45,709 nucleotides of DNA from an uncultured Candidatus Saccharibacteria bacterium (GTDB taxonomy: Bacteria; Patescibacteriota; Minisyncoccia; 2-02-FULL-40-12; GWA2-44-9): assembly GCA_964587505.1 (NCBI GenBank), contig CAZPLD010000001.1:1-45709 (forward strand), given 5' to 3'. Below the pieces are notes generated by a model. That model saw only the letters and a program-made list of their open reading frames with translations, was not told the origin of the DNA and ran no database searches. Positions 1-6,702 of this stretch are shown here, one piece after another; within the stretch, counting starts at the first letter, position 1; each line of letters begins with the position of its first letter. Position numbers and translations under genes: made by a program.

Positions 1-96
1 CGCCGCCTTAAGTTCGTGGAACTCTTTTCTGGCAAGGTCTCCGGCCTCTTCGGCGTTAAGAGTTACGCAATCTTTAAAAACTTTGTGAGCATTCAT
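1..96 (-). CDS. Hypothetical protein, N-terminal fragment (continues past left edge)
   Basis: ATG at 96..94 reads MNAHKVFKDCVTLNAEEAGDLARKEFHELKAA to the window edge. It has its own promoter at 156..128. Too short for the ORF track. Confidence 0.3.
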   Translation of the reverse strand, partial: MNAHKVFKDCVTLNAEEAGDLARKEFHELKAA

Positions 97-127
97 GGTA
101 ACCTTAACAACTCAAATAACTGCTCAG

Positions 128-156
128 ATAATACAACTTTAACAACAACTTGTCAA
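128..156 (-). promoter_or_regulatory. Sigma70-type promoter of the edge-truncated small gene
   Basis: Minus strand: TTGACA (156..151), 17-nt spacer, TATTAT (133..128). Confidence 0.5.
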
Positions 157-157
157 A

Positions 158-178
158 CAAAAAGCGGCTTATTGCCGC
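158..178 (-). terminator. Intrinsic terminator of the 111-aa gene
   Basis: Hairpin gcggc-aataa-gccgc overlaps the TAA stop and is followed by TTTTTG on the minus strand. Confidence 0.6.
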
Positions 179-504
179 ATGCTTGGATATAGTTTCAAAG
201 ATTCTTCAGAAAGAGCATATGCATTAATTGGCCTGCCCAAAAGCCAGTCAAGGATAATACGCTTTTTAATAGGCCATGGGCTATGCTGCGCTTTCCGGAA
301 AAAGTGCTGTCCGACACCACCCAAATCGTCATCAAAACTCTGGTAAGCGTAATCAAGGCCCATCTGTTGCCACCGGTCTTTGAAAAGCTGGCTTTGCTTG
401 TAAAGATATCTGGCCTGCACGCCAAAACGGACATAGTAGCTACCCAGGAGCATCTTCTTCAGGCCAATGTACGACTCAATTAAACAACAAAGGGCTTGCC
501 TCAT
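169..504 (-). CDS. Hypothetical protein (111 aa)
   Basis: ORF track. gaaggag SD lies 6-8 nt before the ATG. TTGACA-18-TAATAG promoter upstream and a terminator downstream. No motif recognised. Confidence 0.5.
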   Translation of the reverse strand: MRQALCCLIESYIGLKKMLLGSYYVRFGVQARYLYKQSQLFKDRWQQMGLDYAYQSFDDDLGGVGQHFFRKAQHSPWPIKKRIILDWLLGRPINAYALSEESLKLYPSMRQ

Positions 505-593
505 GTTTGTCTCCTTCTACGGTGTTTCCGATATCACTATTATGAAACTTATGGTTTAAATGTCAAGCAAAAACACTGTCAGTGAGGTATCGG

Positions 594-620
594 TAAATAA
601 AAAGCGGTTATCACCGCTTT
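594..620 (-). terminator. Intrinsic terminator of the 73-aa gene
   Basis: Hairpin aagcggt-gata-accgctt overlaps the TAA stop, then a T-run on the minus strand. Confidence 0.6.
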
Positions 621-840
621 AGAAATAAGTCTTTCCATTGTCATCATAAACTTGGAACAGGTCGCTTCTGCTGATAGCAAATTCTCTACAAAGAGAGACT
701 GCTTCTTCGGCCGTGTCAGTATCTGCCCCAATCTGATAATAGCAGGAATCAAACATTGTTATTGCCCTAAATTTTCCACGACTTGCAAATCTATCCTCGT
801 GACCAATTTCTCTTAGCTTTGGTCTTCCTTGAGTCGTCAC
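619..840 (-). CDS. Hypothetical protein (73 aa), GTG start
   Basis: ORF track. aaaggagaagg SD precedes the GTG. No motif recognised. Confidence 0.45.
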   Translation of the reverse strand: MTTQGRPKLREIGHEDRFASRGKFRAITMFDSCYYQIGADTDTAEEAVSLCREFAISRSDLFQVYDDNGKTYF

Positions 841-909
841 ACCTTCTCCTTTTCAATAAACTCAAATCTTGCCATTAAGATAGCACGTCTTTAACTACCC
901 GTCAATCCA

Positions 910-930
910 ATGTTGCGGGGGTGGGATTCG
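910..930 (-). repeat. Inverted copy of the 3' end of the tRNA-fMet gene (att-like fragment)
   Basis: Minus strand reads cgaatcccacccccgcaacat, identical over its first 20 nt (cgaatcccacccccgcaaca) to 2393..2412. It lacks the 5' T-stem strand, so it is not a tRNA. Confidence 0.8.
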
Positions 931-931
931 C

Positions 932-1612
932 CTACAATCTGGGAATATTTAAAAGACGGTCTGTTAGGGCGTTTAGTTTATATAACAAGTTCGCACTTTT
1001 CTTAATTCTAAAATCTATGGTTCCGTAATGGACATTATGATTTTCATATTTCTTAGCTGGTTTAGTTTTAACATATCTAAAATTCGTAAAGTTCTCTGGT
1101 TTTATTTTGAGATAGTTTCTCCAGAAAGAAATTATTTCTTTCTCACGGTTCTTGTGTATGGAATTGATGTGTATAGAAAATTTAATATCCATCTTTTTTA
1201 TATTATAAAAACGATAAAACCATTCAATCATAAACCTTACTATTTGTTTATTACTATTAGTAAACTGTACCGTCCCATATGTTTTTGTTCCCTCGGCTAA
1301 ATACAAAGCAAGACCCGCTATAAAGAATTCTCCTTTCGTTAATTTGTTGAGTTTTTTTGCTTCTTCTGTGGCTTGCCGTATTGCATTCACCCTTTTCATT
1401 CTCTGAAAATTCGCACCCTTCAAGCGTCCCCGGGTAATTAGGTGTTGTTTTTCATCCAAAACCATTTTTAGCTGTTTATCTGTTAATTTGATATCTCTAC
1501 ACCACAAACTAACTGTGCTTTGAGATACTTCAATAATACGAGCTATGTCTTTAATACTTTTTCCCAAACTTCTCAATTTTCGAGCTCTGATTTTTAATTC
1601 CGATTTGGCCAT
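932..1612 (-). CDS. HTH plus LAGLIDADG-like homing-endonuclease-family protein (226 aa), free-standing
   Basis: N-terminal HTH-like segment (GKSIKDIARIIEVSQSTVSLW). Degenerate LAGLIDADG motif (FIAGLALYLAEGTK). TGgTATAAT extended -10 lies 15 nt before the ATG. Confidence 0.7.
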   Translation of the reverse strand: MAKSELKIRARKLRSLGKSIKDIARIIEVSQSTVSLWCRDIKLTDKQLKMVLDEKQHLITRGRLKGANFQRMKRVNAIRQATEEAKKLNKLTKGEFFIAGLALYLAEGTKTYGTVQFTNSNKQIVRFMIEWFYRFYNIKKMDIKFSIHINSIHKNREKEIISFWRNYLKIKPENFTNFRYVKTKPAKKYENHNVHYGTIDFRIKKSANLLYKLNALTDRLLNIPRL

Positions 1613-1733
1613 AGATAGTTATAATACATTATACCACACTTTCTTTTTGGTGGAAATTGCAATTGTGCATAAAGTATGATATGTTAGATTACAGAAATCG
1701 CGGGGTAGAGCAGCGGCAGCTCGTCAGGCTCAT

Positions 1734-2373
1734 AAGAAATTGTGACCTATCATAGTAATGTGGTATGGAAAACTTCCGAAATTGCCGGAAACCCGATTCG
1801 CCAAAGGCGAAGGGCAATCAGCAGCCAAGGATTGTGTTCTTTATAATTTAGCTTCTCTTAATTGCCGATATGATTTCTCACGACGTTCTAATTCGTCCCG
1901 AGATAACTTATAGGTTTTGGGCGGACATTCAAGTTGATAGCCAATAGCAATGTCTGCTTCATGAGATTTGGTAATAAGGAATGGTTTAACTTTCTGGAGA
2001 AGAATGCAAGCTTCCCGAGATGACCAAGAAACTGTATAAGATTGTTTGCGAAGTTTTCCTGTATCAAGAGTTCTTGTTCTTCTTTTTTTATAAATTGTTC
2101 CTCCAAAGTGTTCTTGAATCCAATTAATTGTTTTCAAAGAACACATACATATCTCCATTCTCAAAGAGTAGCGAGCATTGATGTAAGGAAAAGCTGGCTT
2201 CCGACGGAAAATAGAAATATGTCCTTCTCCGTCGATAAGACCCGCTAAATAAGCAACATCGGTCATATGTAAATTATAGCACAATCAAGGTTCAGAGACT
2301 ATAATGGAAGCATCCGCCAATTGGCGGATGATGGGATAGTCCGACACTGTCAGTAATGGCAGCTAACAGCCAG
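1734..2373 (+). mobile_element. Group I intron in the anticodon loop of tRNA-fMet
   Basis: Begins after the T of CAT and ends in G. Core-like segments: gaaattgccggaaaccc (1778..1794), cagcagccaagg (1819..1830), ggttcagagactataa (2289..2304). The stem gattgtg/cacaatc brackets the ORF insert. Confidence 0.75.
1841..2266 (-). CDS. LAGLIDADG homing endonuclease (single-motif type), antisense to its host intron
   Basis: MTDVAYLAGLIDGEGHISI... Start moved to the second Met. TGcTATAAT (2281..2273) lies 6 nt upstream of the ATG. Confidence 0.8.
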   Translation of the reverse strand: MTDVAYLAGLIDGEGHISIFRRKPAFPYINARYSLRMEICMCSLKTINWIQEHFGGTIYKKRRTRTLDTGKLRKQSYTVSWSSREACILLQKVKPFLITKSHEADIAIGYQLECPPKTYKLSRDELERREKSYRQLREAKL

Positions 2374-2413
2374 AACCTGAAGGTCGTGGGTTCGAATCCC
2401 ACCCCCGCAACAA

Positions 2414-2456
2414 AAATAAATCAGGGCTACCCTTTACGGGTGGTTTTGATTTATTT
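2414..2456 (+). terminator. Long hairpin after the tRNA-fMet 3' exon
   Basis: aaataaatca-gggctaccc / gggtggttt-tgatttattt, with G-T wobbles valid on the plus strand and a T-rich tail. Confidence 0.5.
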
Positions 2457-2600
2457 CTAAGTTGCTGGAGGGAGCGAATGCTATTGAGGTATTCGCGTTG
2501 GGATTTGAAAAGCGGAGCGATGTTACAAATTGCAATCGGCAATTTGTAACCGCGAGCTGGGACTGCGACCAAAATTGCGGAAGCAATTTTGAGTTGTAGC

Positions 2601-2622
2601 CGAATCCCACCCCCCGCAACAT
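2601..2622 (+). repeat. Direct copy of the tRNA-fMet 3' end (att-like fragment)
   Basis: cgaatcccaccccccgcaacat. It differs from 2393..2412 by one extra c. There is no matching T-stem strand upstream. Confidence 0.8.
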
Positions 2623-2624
2623 GG

Positions 2625-2655
2625 AAAATAACCTAGCATTTGCTAGGTTATTTTT
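2625..2655 (+). terminator. Intrinsic terminator-like hairpin
   Basis: aaaataacctagca-tt-tgctaggttatttt followed by T. Confidence 0.55.
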
Positions 2656-2743
2656 AGTTCATGGGGGCGGGAATAAGAACCGCTGGATTTATTTTTTGGA
2701 TGATGATAAAATCAAGCCACTTCTTTGATAATGAAAGGCTGCG

Positions 2744-3181
2744 ATGAGATTCCTATTCGCTATCTTTTTTCTGGTATCTCAAGGCAAGGTTATTGACGAA
2801 ACCGTAAACATAAAATTCAACGAAATTGATGTTTCTATAAATACTAAAGTTGAGCAGAAAACAGAAAATTATATTTATACCTATGGCCTAAATAATAAGG
2901 GGCAAACATCGGTATTAATTTCCTTCTCGACGATTGACAAGATAACCAGGCCAGAACATATATTAATAGAGTTATCTTCTAAAGAAAAGAAAGATTTTAC
3001 TTTTACATCAAAAATATCTTCCGTCCGCTTTGGAAGTAAAATAGAAATATATATTCCAGACACACAACCTCGCTATCCATATGATAATAAAGGTAGGCCA
3101 GACTTTCCTGTAGGTAAGTTCTGGATGCTAACTTACGTTGATATAATAAATACTCATTTGCCATCAAACCTAGTTAATTAG
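2744..3181 (+). CDS. Hypothetical secreted protein (145 aa) in a visibly AT-rich islet
   Basis: ORF track. Hydrophobic N-terminus MRFLFAIFFLVSQG. Terminator gtgcg..cgcac plus a T-run follows. Confidence 0.5.
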   Translation: MRFLFAIFFLVSQGKVIDETVNIKFNEIDVSINTKVEQKTENYIYTYGLNNKGQTSVLISFSTIDKITRPEHILIELSSKEKKDFTFTSKISSVRFGSKIEIYIPDTQPRYPYDNKGRPDFPVGKFWMLTYVDIINTHLPSNLVN

Positions 3182-3277
3182 TGCGATAACCCCGCACTTT
3201 TTTATTTCTCCTCATCTAAGTAATATCTAAAAACCTTCTCAACTAACCCCCGAGAAGCAGTTCCAACGATTGATTGT

Positions 3278-3288
3278 CCCCGCAACAT
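3278..3288 (+). repeat. Truncated third direct copy of the tRNA-fMet 3' end
   Basis: ccccgcaacat preceded by gattgt, the same flank as the copies at 930..910 and 2601..2622. Short, so it could be chance. Confidence 0.4.
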
Positions 3289-3386
3289 AGTAAAAACAAA
3301 ACCACCAAAAGGCTGTTTTGTTTTTATTGCCAAAACAACTAAACAAGAGTATTTTAAACACAAAGTTCGTTTAAATCCGAGGGGTT

Positions 3387-4511
3387 ATGGGCTCAAAAAA
3401 ATATCTGGTTCCCGGCGCTGGTGTTGGAAAAGCCATTGCTTACACGCTTGCAAAAAGCGCCAACACGCAATTGGTGGTTATCGCGGACATGGATATAGAA
3501 AAGGCTGTCAAGGTTTCCCGTTTTGTAAATAAGTTTTGCAGTCCAAAGTGCGTTGCAATTCAATTTGATGCCGAAAAAACTAAAAATTTTGTCGCACTTT
3601 TTAAAAAGTTTGATGTGGTTATAAGCGCCCTTCCGGCTAAATATAACTTCAAATTAGCCGAGGCGGCTATTCGGGCAAACACACATTTTTGCGACCTTGG
3701 CGGAGTTGTGGAGGTAACAAAACAAATGCTCGAACTAAACAGAAAATATCCGAATATGCCGGTATCTGTAGTCCCCGACTGCGGACTTATGCCTGGCTTA
3801 GGAATTATTATATCTAAAAAACTGATGTTAGATTTGGGCGGAGCAGAATTCATTGAGATTCTGGTGGGTGGACTTCCCCAAAAACCGAAGCCCCCGACAT
3901 ATTATCAAAAAGTTTTCCATGCAGAAGGACTAAGACATATCTGCTATGACATGGCCCCGATTTTGTCCAATGGCGAAATCAAATTAGTAAAACCATTTCA
4001 TGATTATAGCCAAATAGATGTGCCTGAACTGCAAAGATTTTCTAAAAAATTCAATGGACGCGTTGAAACATTTGTTACAGCTGGGGCATCTCTTGCTGCT
4101 GAATCATTCCGCGATTGGGGCGTGAACTACTTTGCCGAGAAAACCGTCCGCTGGCCGTGGTTCGTAGATTTCTTCAAAAAAGTACCGGAATATAAATTTG
4201 AACAAGCAATTGAAGAGTATCTAACAACTCCTGTTGACGCCGAAAATCCAGATTTGGTCTGGATGCTGGTAACAGCCCGAAAGACGGGAATTAACCCAAA
4301 ATCAGTCTCGCTTTTAGATTTATATGACACTGCTACCGATCTGACAGCCATGCAGAGAACAACCGGTTTTACGACTGCTGTCATCGCCGAAATGATGGCC
4401 GAAGGAAAAACAAAGCCAGGAGTTTCCACACCGGAAAACGCTTTTGACGACTTAGGTACAAATGAAGTACTTGATAGAGTTTGCTGCTTACTGACTTTGA
4501 AAGAAAATTAA
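3387..4511 (+). CDS. Saccharopine dehydrogenase family (NAD(P)-binding) protein
   Basis: N-terminal Rossmann GAGVGKAIA. The overall layout resembles saccharopine or lysine-6-dehydrogenase-like enzymes. gaggggtt SD before the ATG. Confidence 0.65.
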   Translation: MGSKKYLVPGAGVGKAIAYTLAKSANTQLVVIADMDIEKAVKVSRFVNKFCSPKCVAIQFDAEKTKNFVALFKKFDVVISALPAKYNFKLAEAAIRANTHFCDLGGVVEVTKQMLELNRKYPNMPVSVVPDCGLMPGLGIIISKKLMLDLGGAEFIEILVGGLPQKPKPPTYYQKVFHAEGLRHICYDMAPILSNGEIKLVKPFHDYSQIDVPELQRFSKKFNGRVETFVTAGASLAAESFRDWGVNYFAEKTVRWPWFVDFFKKVPEYKFEQAIEEYLTTPVDAENPDLVWMLVTARKTGINPKSVSLLDLYDTATDLTAMQRTTGFTTAVIAEMMAEGKTKPGVSTPENAFDDLGTNEVLDRVCCLLTLKEN

Positions 4512-4530
4512 GCGGTCCCGCCAGAAAACT

Positions 4531-4557
4531 AAATGCCCCGCTTTGCGGGGCATTTTT
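4531..4557. terminator. Bidirectional intrinsic terminator between convergent genes
   Basis: aaatgccccgc-ttt-gcggggcattt flanked by A and T runs. Confidence 0.7.
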
Positions 4558-4572
4558 AATTTGTATTTATTG

Positions 4573-5052
4573 TTATTGCAAGATCTGGGCCTGAAGCAAA
4601 ATCTTTCCGATATTGCCTGATGAACCGCAGTTTACAGCCAACTCTTTAGGCAAACTTGGACTGGATAAGGTAACTATCTTGTAACCGTAAGCGGATAAAT
4701 CATATTTTGCGCTACCAATCATAACACTTTTCGTACTTGCTGACCTATTATCCAGCATAACACTGGTGCCATTTTTATAGGTAGGTCCTTGGGGAGTCAT
4801 CTGGCAACGATCGTCAAATTGAATCCTTCTGCCTTCGTACTCCTTAACGGCATCAGAATAGCTTTTAGCTGAAACGGGGGCAGTACTTTTCTTTACAACC
4901 GGCTTTGCCGTTGTTCCTGCAACGGGGCTTGGGCTTACGTTTGACTGATTTAAATCTCCAAGACCGGGCAAAGATGGCAAGTTTTTAGAATACATCCACC
5001 ACGCCCCAACACCTACTACAACCAACACAACTACCAACCAAGTCTTATTCAC
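4573..5052 (-). CDS. Hypothetical membrane-anchored extracytoplasmic protein (159 aa)
   Basis: N-terminal TM segment WLVVVLVVVGVGAWWMY followed by a Ser/Pro/Ala-rich linker. Confidence 0.55.
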   Translation of the reverse strand: MNKTWLVVVLVVVGVGAWWMYSKNLPSLPGLGDLNQSNVSPSPVAGTTAKPVVKKSTAPVSAKSYSDAVKEYEGRRIQFDDRCQMTPQGPTYKNGTSVMLDNRSASTKSVMIGSAKYDLSAYGYKIVTLSSPSLPKELAVNCGSSGNIGKILLQAQILQ

Positions 5053-5176
5053 AATAGATTTCTCAAATCATTGGGCTGTTCAAGGCCCATTAGACCGAGT
5101 TTTAATTATTACAATAAGTATACCAAATAAAAACCACAACAGCGAAAGAAGATATCCACACGGCAACAAAAAAGAA

Positions 5177-5205
5177 TTGACTAATAGCAAAATGCCTGAT
5201 ATAAT
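5177..5205 (+). promoter_or_regulatory. Consensus sigma70-type promoter of the tRNA/CDS mixed operon
   Basis: TTGACT (5177..5182), 17 nt, TATAAT (5200..5205). Confidence 0.6.
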
Positions 5206-5286
5206 AATATTAGAGTGGGCCCACCACTCCTTCCCCGCTCCGGTGGGGCTTTCGTTTAATAGGGTGACGTGGTAAATTTTCAGTAT

Positions 5287-5371
5287 GGAGGGTTCGCCTA
5301 ATGGTATGGCACTGGTTTCGAAAACCAGCAGGAGAAATCCTTTGCAGGTTCGAGTCCTGCACCCTCCGCCA
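5287..5371 (+). tRNA. tRNA-Ser(CGA), CCA encoded
   Basis: Acceptor ggagggt/accctcc, anticodon loop tt-CGA-aa, long variable arm, T-arm gcagg-ttcgagt-cctgc. Confidence 0.9.
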
Positions 5372-5408
5372 AATTGTAAAAGACCTCTGAAAATGCTAAA
5401 ATTAGGGT

Positions 5409-5831
5409 ATGGATAATCAAATAATAGCCAAGCGCTATAGAACTGAATTATCCTCGGTAAAAGAGCTCCTTTTCAAGTTCCTTTTGGTTTGGACCGGAAT
5501 CCTGCTTATATTAAGCTGGGTAGACTTTTTCTCAAAATATAAGCTATCGGAAGCGATGGTAACAAGTTATATAATCCTGTTAGGCGTTTATATAGTTCAC
5601 AAAGAAACGTCACGCTGGACCGGCGTAAAAATGGGCATCAAACCGGGGGAACTATTTGTTTATGTGTGGTGGATCTCACTCTTAAGTATGCTTATATTGG
5701 GATTTTTTGCACACCGGGAAGTATCCCCTTCTGTAAGATTCTTAGCTTATGAAGTTTTAGGAGCGTTTCTCCTTAGCGAAATATCCAAAGGAGTTAACGC
5801 CTATAAAATAACCGGCGGTAATCTTGATTAA
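5409..5831 (+). CDS. Hypothetical integral membrane protein (140 aa)
   Basis: ORF track. Four hydrophobic segments. Confidence 0.6.
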   Translation: MDNQIIAKRYRTELSSVKELLFKFLLVWTGILLILSWVDFFSKYKLSEAMVTSYIILLGVYIVHKETSRWTGVKMGIKPGELFVYVWWISLLSMLILGFFAHREVSPSVRFLAYEVLGAFLLSEISKGVNAYKITGGNLD

Positions 5832-5834
5832 ATT

Positions 5835-5924
5835 GGTGGGGTGCTCGAGTGGTTTAAGAGGATGGTCTTGAAAACCATTGTACGGGAAACCGTACCGTGA
5901 GTTCGAATCTCACCCCCACCGCCA
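5835..5924 (+). tRNA. tRNA-Ser(TGA), CCA encoded
   Basis: Acceptor ggtgggg/ccccacc, anticodon loop ct-TGA-aa, long variable arm, T-arm gtgag-ttcgaat-ctcac. Confidence 0.9.
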
Positions 5925-6517
5925 TGACCAGGGTCGTTGATTTAAGAAAAAAAACAGGGAAAAAAGAAACATCTCCCATTGTTGAGAAGGCGCCTTTGGT
6001 TGAAGAAAAACCGAAAGAAAAAGCGCCAGTGCTTGTGGCAACCCCAACTCCCGAAACGACAAAAAGGATTGAATGGGAAGCGCCGTCGTTCTATTACAAT
6101 CCGCAGAAAAAATATCTTACTTTAGTTGTAATCGGTTTGTTTTTCGGAGCAAGTGCCATGCTCTTCTACCGCTTGGATACGTTAACCGCTATTTTTCTTA
6201 TCCTATCTTCTCTGGTATTGATACTCTACGCCAACAAAAAACCGGCTCTGTCCAAAATTATTTTAAATCATGCTGGAGTGACAATAGACGACCATTCCTA
6301 CTACTATAAAGATTTAAAATCATTTTGGCTGGATTACGAACCAAACGGCCCAAAAGAACTAAGTTTAGAAGCAAGAAAATGGTATATGCCTTACGTTAAA
6401 GTTTCCATCGAAAACCAAAATCCGGTGGAAATACGGTCATTAATGATAAACTTTGTCGCTGAAAGAGAACATGAGAAATCATTGGTAGACCTCATCAGCA
6501 GGAAAATAGGATTATAG
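5924..6517 (+). CDS. Hypothetical membrane protein (197 aa)
   Basis: Start moved from 5897 (inside the tRNA) to the in-frame ATG at 5924 (MTRVVDLRKK...). Two TM segments, then a soluble C-terminal domain. Confidence 0.6.
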   Translation: MTRVVDLRKKTGKKETSPIVEKAPLVEEKPKEKAPVLVATPTPETTKRIEWEAPSFYYNPQKKYLTLVVIGLFFGASAMLFYRLDTLTAIFLILSSLVLILYANKKPALSKIILNHAGVTIDDHSYYYKDLKSFWLDYEPNGPKELSLEARKWYMPYVKVSIENQNPVEIRSLMINFVAEREHEKSLVDLISRKIGL

Positions 6518-6534
6518 TAGATCTGATTCAAATT

Positions 6535-6609
6535 GCGCTCGTCGTTCAACGGATAGGACATAAGCTTGCGGAGCTTATAATCGTGGTTCGATTCCACGCG
6601 AGCGCACCA
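6535..6609 (+). tRNA. tRNA-Arg(GCG), CCA encoded
   Basis: Acceptor gcgctcg/cgagcgc, anticodon loop tt-GCG-ga, T-arm cgtgg-ttcgatt-ccacg. Confidence 0.9.
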
Positions 6610-6616
6610 ATAAATT

Positions 6617-6650
6617 AAAAGCGGTCGTCTATGATAACCGCTTTTAATTT
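6617..6650 (+). terminator. Intrinsic terminator ending the tRNA/CDS operon
   Basis: aaaagcggt-(11 nt)-accgctttt followed by aatttt. Confidence 0.6.
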
Positions 6651-6702
6651 TGACCGGCAAGTGTTAAAATATGGACACTTCAACAAGTTCGGTGTAAACC
6701 AC

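Larger units (their letters stand above)
1699..2410 (+). tRNA. Initiator-type tRNA-Met(CAT), split gene: exons 1699..1733 and 2374..2410
   Basis: The joined exons fold as a cloverleaf: acceptor cgcgggg/ccccgca with a C1-A72 mismatch, A11:T24, anticodon loop ct-CAT-aa, T-arm gtggg-ttcgaat-cccac. CCA is not encoded. Confidence 0.85.

Noticed and set aside
6391-6660. An 89-aa minus-strand ORF, and the 5' extensions of the track ORFs at 5897..5923 and 6631..6702.
   Set aside because: They run through tRNA-Arg, tRNA-Ser(TGA) or the operon terminator. In-frame ATGs at 5924 and 6703 give sensible starts.
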